From: an uncultured Ruminococcus sp.
Lineage (GTDB): Bacteria; Bacillota; Clostridia; Oscillospirales; CAG-272
Direction of reading: 5' to 3'
NCBI GenBank assembly: GCA_964460165.1
Contig: CAYWPS010000001.1
Location: forward strand, 9,384-73,383
DNA: 64,000 nucleotides
Shown here piece by piece: positions 46,807 through 55,702 of the stretch. Under the pieces are notes generated by a model, which saw nothing but the letters and a program-made list of their open reading frames with translations, was not told the origin of the DNA and did no database searches. The stretch's first letter is position 1, and the number at the start of each line of letters is the position of its first letter. A program made the translations under genes and the position numbers.

Positions 46807-47928
46807 ATGAAAGAACTTCTCAGTCTTTTTGACGGTCTGCTCGCCTTCTGTCAGGATGGCAACTGGAAGATGATAGTGATGTGGGCGATCGGCGGCGTGC
46901 TGATCTACCTCGCTATCAAAAAGGAAATGGAACCCACTCTCCTGCTCCCCATCGGCTTCGGTTGTATCATCATGAACTTCCCCGGCTCCGGCGCCGCAGG
47001 TCCGCTTTCAACGCTCTACAACGCGGGTATTGCCAACGAGCTCTTCCCTCTCATTCTCTTTATCGGTATCGGCGCGATGATCGACTTCGGTCCTCTGCTC
47101 TCTAACCCCAAGATGATGATATTCGGCGCGGCGGCTCAGTTCGGTATATTCTTCACTCTCTGTATGGCATCGATATTCTTCCCCGACTTCAGAGATTACG
47201 CTTCCATCGCGATAATCGGCGCGGCGGACGGCCCTACCTCCATCGTCGTCGCTAACAAGCTCGGCTCGCAGTACGTCGGCGCTATCACGGTCGCGGCATA
47301 TTCGTATATGGCACTCGTGCCTATCATTCAGCCGCCCGTGATCAAGGCTCTCACCACCGAAAGTGAAAGAAAGATAAAGATGACGTACAAGCCCAAGAAT
47401 GTTTCAAAGACCACGAAGATCCTCTTCCCCATTATAATCACCGTGGTAGCTTGTATCTTCGCTCCCGACGCGGGCGCTCTTATCGGCTTCCTTATGTTCG
47501 GTAACCTTATCCGCGAGTGCGGAGTTCTCGACTCTCTCTCCGAGACCGCTCAGAAGGTGCTTGCAAACCTTATCACCATCTTCCTCGGTATTACCATTGC
47601 TTTCAATATGACCGCGGAGCAGTTCCTTAACGTGAATACCCTTCTCATCATGGGTCTCGGTCTCGTCGCCTTCATCGTCGACACGGCGGGCGGCGTTCTC
47701 TTCGGCAAGCTCTACAATGTATTCGCCAAGGAAAAGATCAATCCCATGATCGGCGCGGCAGGTATATCCGCATTCCCCATGGCGGGCCGTATAGTACATA
47801 AAATGGGTCTTAAGGAGGATCCGCAGAACTTCCTTCTTATGCACTCCATCGGCGTAAACGTTTCGGGACAGATCGCTTCCGTTATCGCGGGCGCGCTTAT
47901 CCTCAAGATATTCGTTCCAATGCTTTGA
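46807..47928 (+). CDS. sodium ion-translocating decarboxylase beta subunit (OadB/GcdB/MmdB family)
   Basis: About 373 aa polytopic membrane protein with family-typical segments (IGAADGPT, AGISAFPM). The ATG at 46807 lies downstream of the promoter. Confidence 0.85.
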   Translation: MKELLSLFDGLLAFCQDGNWKMIVMWAIGGVLIYLAIKKEMEPTLLLPIGFGCIIMNFPGSGAAGPLSTLYNAGIANELFPLILFIGIGAMIDFGPLLSNPKMMIFGAAAQFGIFFTLCMASIFFPDFRDYASIAIIGAADGPTSIVVANKLGSQYVGAITVAAYSYMALVPIIQPPVIKALTTESERKIKMTYKPKNVSKTTKILFPIIITVVACIFAPDAGALIGFLMFGNLIRECGVLDSLSETAQKVLANLITIFLGITIAFNMTAEQFLNVNTLLIMGLGLVAFIVDTAGGVLFGKLYNVFAKEKINPMIGAAGISAFPMAGRIVHKMGLKEDPQNFLLMHSIGVNVSGQIASVIAGALILKIFVPML

Positions 47929-47946
47929 TCGTAAGGAGGATCTGAA

Positions 47947-48108
47947 ATGTTGAATTTTTACTTTGCACCCATTGAATTCGTAAAAAATCTTAAGTATATG
48001 GGCATCGGCATGCTCGGCGTATTCATTATCGTAGGCGTTATCATGGCGGCGACATATCTCACCAGCTATCTTACGAACAAGCTCACAAAGCCGAACGACG
48101 AGGATTGA
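47947..48108 (+). CDS. small single-TM protein, OadG-like (decarboxylase gamma-type subunit)
   Basis: 53 aa, MLNFYFAPIEFVKNLKYMGIGMLGVFIIVGVIMAATYL..., below the ORF-track size cutoff. A strong RBS AAGGAGG lies 6 nt upstream. Begins 19 nt after the beta-subunit gene. Confidence 0.6.
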   Translation: MLNFYFAPIEFVKNLKYMGIGMLGVFIIVGVIMAATYLTSYLTNKLTKPNDED

Positions 48109-48384
48109 TCACAAAGATCTTATAAAGGCACGGCATGAGCCCGCTAAATAAAATCAAGAGACTTTAAAATTACGGTCAAGCCCCTTATAACAACTGAAAG
48201 GGGCTAGCGCATTTAGGCGCAACCGAAAATGACACGTAAGAAGATAAAAAACTCAAAAATTAACGAATGAGCTGAAACTTTTTCTATAAGGTTGCAATTC
48301 TGCGAATTTCTCCATTACATCAAGGTCATTTTCTATTCGCGTTTCCCTCCCTCAACGTATTTTTATACGTCTCTCGGTCGGGAG

Positions 48385-48476
48385 AACCCGAATTTTCGCT
48401 CTAAATCCCCCTATCCCCTGCGCAAAAGAGGCTAGCTCAAGTTTTTCGAACTTGAGCTAGCCTCTTTTTGTTTGCT
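48385..48476 (+). repeat. dispersed ~90-nt element, copy 2 (C-rich tract plus 17-bp terminator hairpin); candidate sRNA 3' module
   Basis: Near-identical to 42607-42698. The stem pairs 48428-48444 with 48450-48466, followed by TTTTTGTTT. Confidence 0.85.
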
Positions 48477-48575
48477 TCGGTTCAGCGCGATGTCCTTAAC
48501 AGGTAAGTCATACTAAAGGCTAACCGTTGTTTACATTTTAGGTTATTTTGCTTGATTATTGGAAATCCGCGAGAA

Positions 48576-49109
48576 TTAATAATTCTCTTTTCTGACCTCA
48601 AAGTAGGACTGAGGATGAGCGCATACGGGACAAGCCGCGGGAGCCTTGGTGCCCATCACGAGATGTCCGCAGTTACGGCACTCCCACATAGTCATCTCAG
48701 ACTTTTCAAATACCTTCTGAAGCTCTACGTTGTTAAGAAGCGCTCTGTATCTCTCCTCGTGAGCCTTTTCGATAGCGGCAACGGCTCTGAACTGACGCGC
48801 AAGGGCGGTGAAGCCCTCCTCCTCCGCTTCCTTAGCAAAGGTGTCGTACATGTCGGTCCACTCGTAGTTCTCACCCTCTGCTGCCGCAAGAAGATTGCCT
48901 GCTGTATTACCAAGTCCGCCAAGAGCCTTGAACCAAAGCTTTGCGTGCTCCTTCTCGTTTTCCGCGGTCTCAAGGAAGATAGCCGCGATCTGCTCGTAGC
49001 CCTCCTTCTTAGCAACGGACGCGAAATAGGTGTACTTGTTTCTTGCCTGAGATTCGCCCGCAAATGCGGTCATAAGATTCTGTTCTGTTTTAGTGCCTTT
49101 AAGATTCAT
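48576..49109 (-). CDS. rbr: rubrerythrin
   Basis: N-terminal diiron four-helix domain ([12 protein letters not shown]) plus a C-terminal rubredoxin CRNCG...CPVC. Confidence 0.9.
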   Translation of the reverse strand: MNLKGTKTEQNLMTAFAGESQARNKYTYFASVAKKEGYEQIAAIFLETAENEKEHAKLWFKALGGLGNTAGNLLAAAEGENYEWTDMYDTFAKEAEEEGFTALARQFRAVAAIEKAHEERYRALLNNVELQKVFEKSEMTMWECRNCGHLVMGTKAPAACPVCAHPQSYFEVRKENY

Positions 49110-49171
49110 AATAGTTCTCCTTGGGAAAAATTCTTTCTTAATTATTTGCTTTTTACGTGACGGTTATGCAC

Positions 49172-49555
49172 TCAGATGTCTGCACAACGATCGGCGCGAG
49201 CCTTGCAGGCATCGCATAGATAACGAACCTTAAGCTCGTACGAGTTGAATTCGGAGCCGATGGCATCGGATAACAATTTGTCAAAATTCCTGAGATTGAA
49301 ATCCTTAACTCCGCCGCACTCCTCGCAGATCATATGACCGTGAGGCACATAGGAATTATCATACCTGTCCGAAAGCGAATCTCCCGTGATCCTTCTGATC
49401 AGCTTTTCAGCCTCGAGCACCTTAAGGTTGTTATAAACCGTAGCTCTTGAGATCCCGGGGAGCTTCTCCTTGGCAAGCGTGAAGATCTCGTCCGCGGTAT
49501 GGTGACACATATCCGAGCGAATCACCTCCAGGATAACTGCTCTCTGCTTTGTCAA
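49172..49555 (-). CDS. perR: Fur family peroxide-stress regulator (PerR-like), TTG start
   Basis: 127 aa. Winged HTH plus two CxxC pairs (CEECG, CDAC). The TTG at 49555 lies 8 nt after GGAGTG. Rubrerythrin follows with no intervening promoter. Confidence 0.8.
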   Translation of the reverse strand: MTKQRAVILEVIRSDMCHHTADEIFTLAKEKLPGISRATVYNNLKVLEAEKLIRRITGDSLSDRYDNSYVPHGHMICEECGGVKDFNLRNFDKLLSDAIGSEFNSYELKVRYLCDACKARADRCADI

Positions 49556-49585
49556 AGTGTATCACTCCGTTCAATTGATTGAATG

Positions 49586-49606
49586 AATTTAGACTCATTC
49601 TAAATT
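49586..49606 (-). promoter_or_regulatory. 8-5-8 inverted repeat, candidate PerR/Fur-type operator
   Basis: AATTTAGA-CTCAT-TCTAAATT with perfect 8-bp arms, directly downstream of the -10 hexamer of the perR promoter. Confidence 0.55.
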
Positions 49607-49607
49607 T

Positions 49608-49636
49608 ATTATACACCAAAAAAACTTGCTTGTCAA
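49608..49636 (-). promoter_or_regulatory. consensus sigma-A promoter of perR-rbr
   Basis: On the minus strand: TTGACA (49636-49631), 17 nt, TATAAT (49613-49608). Confidence 0.7.
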
Positions 49637-49658
49637 CACTTTTCAGAAAAAATCCAAA

Positions 49659-50603
49659 TTATTTTTTATATCCCGCTATATCGCGCTCGGGTATAAACTC
49701 GTTATCAAGAGCTATCCCGTAAACGCGCTCGTAGCAATCTCGCTTTGCCTCGGAGTCAGCGCCGCGAAGTCTGTCCCTCGCTTCCCGTTTTTCAAGCGAC
49801 GGGTCGGGATATATCGGAGGCATAATATGGAGAATGTGCTTCACCTTATAAAATCCCGCGCTGTTGACCTCGTCCGTATTTCTCATCTCAACGAAGCACG
49901 GAATTATCGGCACGCCAAACTCCGCCGCATAGTGATACGCGCCTATACGAAGCTCTCTCGGCTTCTTGTAGTTATACCACATCTCCTGCTCGGGATATAT
50001 AAGCACGAGCTCTCCGTCCGAGAGCTTCTTTTTTAAGGCGGGCTTCAGATTTTTCGCCATATACGAGGGGCTTGATGACACGGGCATCGTCCTGCAATTT
50101 CGCATCAAAAAACCGAAGAACCCCCTCATAAAAACGTTTTTCTCCTGAATGACTATATTAAGCTCCCTCTCTCTGCCGCCGCACATCGCCATAAGCCAAA
50201 TTATCGTACAGTCCGTCGGATTAAAGTGGTTGGAGGTGATTATAGCGCCCTCCTTGACCGAAGCCAGATTTTCAAGTCCGACTATCTCGGTCTCTTCGTT
50301 AAGCGCCGCTGTCGCCCTGTCTGCTATCCTGACCGCGACCGCCGTCTTAAGTCTGCTCAAGGGCTTCCTTCTCAAATTATCAAACGGCAGGATGACTCGT
50401 TTGATCTCTCTGTCGGTGGGTAATGGATCGTGAAGCTCGACCTTGCGAAAGCTGTCGCCGTCCTTCAAGGCGCGCGAAATATTATCTATAACGGCGAGCC
50501 TATCCCTTCTTTTTCTTTCGTTAATTTTAGGCACGGCGTCCCCCTGCAAGAGCTTCAAGCGCACATTCGTCACAATCAGCAAAGCCTCCGCTCCGTCCAG
50601 CAA
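49659..50603 (-). CDS. lysophospholipid (1-acyl-sn-glycerol-3-phosphate) acyltransferase family protein
   Basis: NHFNPTD is an H(x)4D acyltransferase motif. 314 aa. The start is uncertain because of a 77-nt overlap with the upstream GT8 gene. Confidence 0.7.
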   Translation of the reverse strand: MLDGAEALLIVTNVRLKLLQGDAVPKINERKRRDRLAVIDNISRALKDGDSFRKVELHDPLPTDREIKRVILPFDNLRRKPLSRLKTAVAVRIADRATAALNEETEIVGLENLASVKEGAIITSNHFNPTDCTIIWLMAMCGGRERELNIVIQEKNVFMRGFFGFLMRNCRTMPVSSSPSYMAKNLKPALKKKLSDGELVLIYPEQEMWYNYKKPRELRIGAYHYAAEFGVPIIPCFVEMRNTDEVNSAGFYKVKHILHIMPPIYPDPSLEKREARDRLRGADSEAKRDCYERVYGIALDNEFIPERDIAGYKK

Positions 50604-51498
50604 GCTCCCACGCGCGCTGAACGAGCCTTACGCCGCCCTCGGCATCGCGCTCCCTTTCCTCGTCCGTATATTCAACAAACTCTCTGACCATATCCGCGTA
50701 ATAAGGAGTCGTACGCGCCACATCCCAGAATACGTCCGAGTATGGAACGCCGTCGTAGTGCCACGGCTTTTTATAAAAATTGTAGTGTATAAGATGCTGC
50801 TCCGCCGCAGGAAGCGGATCATCCGCCATGGGATGCTTGTTCCAGCCGCCGTCAAGATAATGTATCCTGCCGCGGCACAGATAGTTCAAATAGTCCTGAT
50901 CCGGAGCTACCGTGTCAAAATTTTTCTCGACAACGAGCCTCTCAAACCTCTCAAGTATGCGGCACCGTCTGTATGCGCTGAGGTTAATGAGCAGCACTCC
51001 CGAATTAATGTAGTCGCGCGCGGGAACTCCCACCCAGTTTCTTACGTAATCCGAGAATTCGGGAACGCGGGCAACGGACTCGTCGGTAACGGCGCCGAGC
51101 ACGCTGTCACCTATATTGGTAAAGTAGAGCTTAGCGATGTCGTCAACGAGAACTACGTCACAGTCGATATAGACCGCGCGGGCAAGCCTCGGATACATGG
51201 ACGCTATAAACATTCTGTAAAAGATAGCCTCGGAGTAATAGTCGCGGAGCTTACGCGACAGGTCACCGCCAAAGCCCGATATCGCTCTTTCTACGTTAAC
51301 GAGCATTATATTGATATTTTTCACATCAAGGTGTCTGAGCTTTCTGACGTTCTGAGGCGCAAGTCCTTTGTTAAGAACGTAAATATCGTATACGTAATTA
51401 TCACTGGAATGTAGCGAGACGGATTTAACCGTAACCATAAGATACGGAACGTAATTATCGTCCGTAGCGGTAAATATATGCACGTGTTTTTTATTCAT
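50527..51498 (-). CDS. glycosyltransferase family 8
   Basis: HIFTATDDNYVPY start and DCD (DxD) motif in YIDCDVVLV. 323 aa. Confidence 0.8.
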   Translation of the reverse strand: MNKKHVHIFTATDDNYVPYLMVTVKSVSLHSSDNYVYDIYVLNKGLAPQNVRKLRHLDVKNINIMLVNVERAISGFGGDLSRKLRDYYSEAIFYRMFIASMYPRLARAVYIDCDVVLVDDIAKLYFTNIGDSVLGAVTDESVARVPEFSDYVRNWVGVPARDYINSGVLLINLSAYRRCRILERFERLVVEKNFDTVAPDQDYLNYLCRGRIHYLDGGWNKHPMADDPLPAAEQHLIHYNFYKKPWHYDGVPYSDVFWDVARTTPYYADMVREFVEYTDEERERDAEGGVRLVQRAWELAGRSGGFADCDECALEALAGGRRA

Positions 51499-51690
51499 TT
51501 ATTTTCCTTTCGAATGTTAGCATAAATAGTGTAAGCGGTGTTTTTTTCCGGTATCACCTCCTCTTGCTTGTATTTTACAAACGGAGGCTGAAAAAGAAAA
51601 GGACATCCGGCGATATTTTTCACTAAACATTGTGGATGCCAAATTCTCATCAAAGTTCAACTCCACAAAACCGAGAATTTCCCGCTCGTG

Positions 51691-51719
51691 TTGACAAAAC
51701 GCGTCATAAGTGTTATAAT
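51691..51719 (+). promoter_or_regulatory. consensus sigma-A promoter for the XRE-M16 operon
   Basis: TTGACA (51691-51696), 17 nt, TGTTATAAT (hexamer at 51714-51719). Confidence 0.65.
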
Positions 51720-51778
51720 TATAGTACGCAAAAGTAGAAATGTAAACTATATTTTACTATTTATGTTAGAGGTCAAAA

Positions 51779-52375
51779 ATGGAGAATGTCAAGGAAACAA
51801 TAGCAAAGAATTTAGTCGCGCTTCGCAAAAGTCACCGGCTTACCCAAGGGGCGCTCGCCGAAAAGCTCAACTATTCCGACAAAGCCGTATCAAGATGGGA
51901 GCACGCGGAAACGCTGCCGGATATCGAAACGCTCTGCCGGATCTGCGAGATCTACGGCGTAAGCTTTGAGTATCTTTTGCAAAGAGACGCGAAGGAATGC
52001 GGGGACAAATTCGTTATCAAAGCCGAAAGCCGCGCGCGCCGCGTGATCATATGCCTTATCACGATATGCACAGTATGGCTCGCCGCTACGCTGTCCTTCA
52101 CGACAGCCAAAGCGGTATGGGGGATCAATCTCTGGCAAGCGTTTATCTGGGCGATACCGGCGAGCCTTGCCGCCGTCACGGTCTTCAACGGTCTGTGGTG
52201 GAAAAGCAAGGTGTGCTCCGCTCTCGCGGTATCCTTCGGCGCGTGGACTCTTATACTCGCTTTGTATCTTCAAACGATCGCGCACAATTTATGGACTCTT
52301 TTTATAATCGGAATTCCAATTCAGGCTCTTATCATTCTTATCGTAACCATCCCCGCAAGAAAGACCGACAGGTGA
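51779..52375 (+). CDS. membrane-anchored XRE family HTH regulator
   Basis: N-terminal HTH (LRKSHRLTQGALAEKLNYSDKAVSRWE) followed by about 4 hydrophobic segments. 198 aa. Confidence 0.75.
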   Translation: MENVKETIAKNLVALRKSHRLTQGALAEKLNYSDKAVSRWEHAETLPDIETLCRICEIYGVSFEYLLQRDAKECGDKFVIKAESRARRVIICLITICTVWLAATLSFTTAKAVWGINLWQAFIWAIPASLAAVTVFNGLWWKSKVCSALAVSFGAWTLILALYLQTIAHNLWTLFIIGIPIQALIILIVTIPARKTDR

Positions 52376-52379
52376 AATT

Positions 52380-55262
52380 ATGAATATAAACGAAATCAAA
52401 TACGGCTTCACTGTCACGTCCTCGTCACGCATCGATGAGGTGGATGGAACGCTCTATGACCTCAGCCATAAAAAAAGCGGCGCAAGGCTTCTTTATCTCG
52501 ACAGACGCGACGAGAACAAGACCTTCGCCATAAGCTTTAAAACCATACCGACAGACGACACCGGGGTATTTCACATTTTAGAGCACTCCGTGCTGTGCGG
52601 CTCAAGAAAATTTCCCGTAAAGGATCCGTTTACCGAGCTTATCAAGGGATCCATCACCACCTACCTCAACGCATTTACCTCCGGAGATAAGACGGTCTAC
52701 CCCGTGTCGAGCAAAAACGATAAAGCGTTTCTCGGCCTCGTGGACGTATATCTCGACGCCGTCCTCCATCCGCTCGCCCTGGAGAATCCCTTTATATTTA
52801 TGCAAGAGGGGCACCGCCGCGAGCTTGATGACGAAGGCAAGCTCTCCCTCACCGGTGTAGTGTATAACGAAATGAAGGGCGTTTATTCCTCGGCTGACGA
52901 ATACGCCGATTACCTCATAACTAGGAGAGTATCGCCCGGCGGCACTTACAGCTACGATTCCGGAGGAAATCCCGATTTTATTCCGCAGCTCAGCTACGAG
53001 GACTTCAAACGGGCGCACGAGAGATTCTACCATCCGTCCAACTCCTGTCTGTTCCTCGACGGCGAGGTAAGGCTCGACGAAATATTGCCGCTTATCGACT
53101 CATATCTATCGGAATACGAAGCGCGGAATAACGACATCAGCATAGACGACGGCACTTCACCGCTGACCGAGCCTCTCGTCGCCTCATACCCGATAGAGTC
53201 CGAGGATGATCCAACCGACAAAACGAGAATTTACATCTGCCACAACAGCTTCCGCCACGGAGACAGATACAAAAACTCCGCGCTATCGCTGGTATGCGAG
53301 GCGCTCGCCGACTCCAACAATGCCCCCTTGACCAAGAGAATACTCGACACGGGGCTATGCGAGAGCTTCACCTTCTTCTCCACGCGCTCGTACAGCCTCA
53401 ACGCCCTGAACGCCATCTTCATAGGAGTTAAGGACGGGATGGAAAAGGAGCTGCTCGAGGAATATAACAAAGCGATAGCCGACACGCTCCGCGAGGGTAT
53501 CCCGAGAGATAACTTATCCTCGGCATTGGACAGACGTGAGTTTCACGTCAGAGAGTCCGACTTCGGAACCTACCCTGCGGGCATGGTGTATATGAGCTCC
53601 TGTATAGAATCGGCTCTGCTCGGAGAAGACCCCGCTGAGTCGTTAAGATACGAGGACCTGCTCGCGTTTCTCAGGGAAAATCTCGACACGGGGTACTGTG
53701 AGAAGCTGCTCAGAGAGGTTCTTTCCTCACCCGCGGCAACACTCGTGTTGCACCCCGACGCAAGCTTTGCCGAAAGGAAGGAGTCCGAGCTCCGGGCGAG
53801 GCTTGACGAGACGCTAAGGAATATGAGCCCAAAAGAAATTGCCGATCTCAAGGAAACGGGCGCGCTCTTTAATAAATGGCAGCAAGCGCCAAGCACCGAC
53901 GACGAGCTCGCGACGATACCGACTCTCTCGAAGGAGGATCTTAAGACCGAGCCGCGCAGGATCCCCACCGAGATACACCGCGCGTGCGGAAGAGAAATAA
54001 TCTCGCACCCCTTACACACCGGCGGAATATCCTACCCCGAGCTGTACTTCGACGCAAGCGACGCCCCGCCCGAGGATATACCGTATATAAGACTCTTTAC
54101 CGACCTTATGCCGGAATGGGATACCGAAAAGGGCTCAGTCTCCGACTTCCGCAACCGGATCAAAGGGCAGCTCGGCGCCTTCTATCTGACCCCTCACCCT
54201 ACCAAGAACGGAGATAACGTCAAGCTCTATCTCGCCCTGAGGATCTCATGCCTCGATTCAAAAAAGGACGCGGCGCTCGAGCTTATAGACGAGTATCTTT
54301 ATTCAACACTTTTCAACAACAAGGAGCTTCTCGCCAAGAACGTCAAGCAGCTCTACACGTATTCGATTGAGAGTATCGTGTCCAGAGGCGATGCCTTCGC
54401 TATGATGCGCGACGCGGCAAAGCACTCGGAGTTCGAGGCTCTGTCCGAGGCGCTGTTCGGATACAGCTATCACGTATTCATCAAGAAGCTGTCGGAAAAT
54501 ATAGAAGACAGAGCCGAAGAGGTGCTCGCTCGCTTCGAGATGATAAGAGACAGATATTTCCGCCGCGAAAGGCTGACCGTCGGAATAACCGAGCCGGACG
54601 GACTTCCGTTTGCATACAGGATCATCCGCCTGATACGAGAAGGCGGAAGCAACGCCGGCGCATGTCGGATCCGGGCGTTGCCGAAGCTCAACGAGGGCAT
54701 TGCCGCTCCCGTAACCGTTTCCTTTGCCGCGAGGATGGGAAATCTCCACGAAATAGGTAAAGATCTCTACACGGGTGCCTTCTCACTGCTCTCCAATATC
54801 GTGTCATTCGAGATCCTGTGGGATGAGATACGCCTGAAAAGAGGCGCATACGACACCGGCTTTACCGCAAAAGCGAACAGCGGAACGGTTGGCTGCTACT
54901 CATACCGCGACCCCTCGCCGGAGAGCTCGGTTGAATTTTTCGGACGCATAAATGAGCAGACAGACCTTTTTCTTGCCGACTCTCCGAGTCTGATAAAATA
55001 CATCATAGGAGTAATTGGCTCGAGCGATACGGTGTCCACGCCGAGAAACGACGGGGCGAACGCCACCAAGCGATATCTCGCGGGCAAGACGCACGATGAC
55101 CTCGTGAGATCGCGCAACGAGTGCCTGGAGGCAACGCACGGGGAGCTCACAAGACTCTCCGCCCTGCTCGGCGAGGTGATGAAAAGATCCACCTTCACGG
55201 TAGTCGGTCCGCGCGACACGCTCGAGGGCATCAAAGATATTGACGCGGTGCTTGATATCTAA
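52380..55262 (+). CDS. M16C (PreP-like insulinase family) zinc metallopeptidase
   Basis: 960 aa. Inverted zinc motif HILEHSVLCGS. The size is typical of M16C. Starts 4 nt after the XRE gene stop. Confidence 0.85.
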   Translation: MNINEIKYGFTVTSSSRIDEVDGTLYDLSHKKSGARLLYLDRRDENKTFAISFKTIPTDDTGVFHILEHSVLCGSRKFPVKDPFTELIKGSITTYLNAFTSGDKTVYPVSSKNDKAFLGLVDVYLDAVLHPLALENPFIFMQEGHRRELDDEGKLSLTGVVYNEMKGVYSSADEYADYLITRRVSPGGTYSYDSGGNPDFIPQLSYEDFKRAHERFYHPSNSCLFLDGEVRLDEILPLIDSYLSEYEARNNDISIDDGTSPLTEPLVASYPIESEDDPTDKTRIYICHNSFRHGDRYKNSALSLVCEALADSNNAPLTKRILDTGLCESFTFFSTRSYSLNALNAIFIGVKDGMEKELLEEYNKAIADTLREGIPRDNLSSALDRREFHVRESDFGTYPAGMVYMSSCIESALLGEDPAESLRYEDLLAFLRENLDTGYCEKLLREVLSSPAATLVLHPDASFAERKESELRARLDETLRNMSPKEIADLKETGALFNKWQQAPSTDDELATIPTLSKEDLKTEPRRIPTEIHRACGREIISHPLHTGGISYPELYFDASDAPPEDIPYIRLFTDLMPEWDTEKGSVSDFRNRIKGQLGAFYLTPHPTKNGDNVKLYLALRISCLDSKKDAALELIDEYLYSTLFNNKELLAKNVKQLYTYSIESIVSRGDAFAMMRDAAKHSEFEALSEALFGYSYHVFIKKLSENIEDRAEEVLARFEMIRDRYFRRERLTVGITEPDGLPFAYRIIRLIREGGSNAGACRIRALPKLNEGIAAPVTVSFAARMGNLHEIGKDLYTGAFSLLSNIVSFEILWDEIRLKRGAYDTGFTAKANSGTVGCYSYRDPSPESSVEFFGRINEQTDLFLADSPSLIKYIIGVIGSSDTVSTPRNDGANATKRYLAGKTHDDLVRSRNECLEATHGELTRLSALLGEVMKRSTFTVVGPRDTLEGIKDIDAVLDI

Positions 55263-55276
55263 AAACATCTTCAAAT

Positions 55277-55330
55277 AAAAAGAGCAAGAGTAAAAGGAAA
55301 CACTGATCCTTCTATTCTTGCTCTTTCTCT
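55277..55330. terminator. bidirectional terminator (AGAGCAAGA stem family)
   Basis: AGAGCAAGA (55281-55289) pairs with TCTTGCTCT (55316-55324). A-run upstream and a T-rich tract downstream. Confidence 0.6.
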
Positions 55331-55339
55331 TATACCCTT

Positions 55340-55702
55340 TTAATTTCGGTTTGAGGTCGCGACCACGTTTACTCCGGTGCCGCAAACGTCCTCGATAACC
55401 ACGTCGCCAAGCCTGATGCCGTTCGGCGCGACGACCGCGTTTACAGCCGCCATGACCTCAAAGATCTTGCCCTTAGGGACGGGCGCGGCGGTCTTTACCG
55501 CAACGACCTCTCCGTCCTCACAGCGTACGGTGGTAGTGACTGTACGCACGGGCGCTGTACATTCAGCGTATGCGTAATCCTTTCCTCGCGGGCAAGTGTA
55601 CCCCGAGATATTTTTTATTGTGCCCTGCTCGTCAAACTCCACTGTAAGCTCACAGCCCTTGGGGCACACGATGCAGGTCAGCTTTCTTTCCTTGATGTTC
55701 AT
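55340..55702 (-). CDS. DUF1667-like protein (third gene of the GlpA-like cluster)
   Basis: 120 aa. N-terminal CIVCPKGC...CPRG Cys motifs. 4-nt overlap with the upstream oxidoreductase gene. Confidence 0.7.
   Translation of the reverse strand: MNIKERKLTCIVCPKGCELTVEFDEQGTIKNISGYTCPRGKDYAYAECTAPVRTVTTTVRCEDGEVVAVKTAAPVPKGKIFEVMAAVNAVVAPNGIRLGDVVIEDVCGTGVNVVATSNRN

Noticed and set aside
50443-51414. 323-aa ORF on the plus strand
   Set aside because: It is antisense to the GT8 glycosyltransferase gene, which has clear DxD and N-terminal family motifs. It is a shadow ORF.
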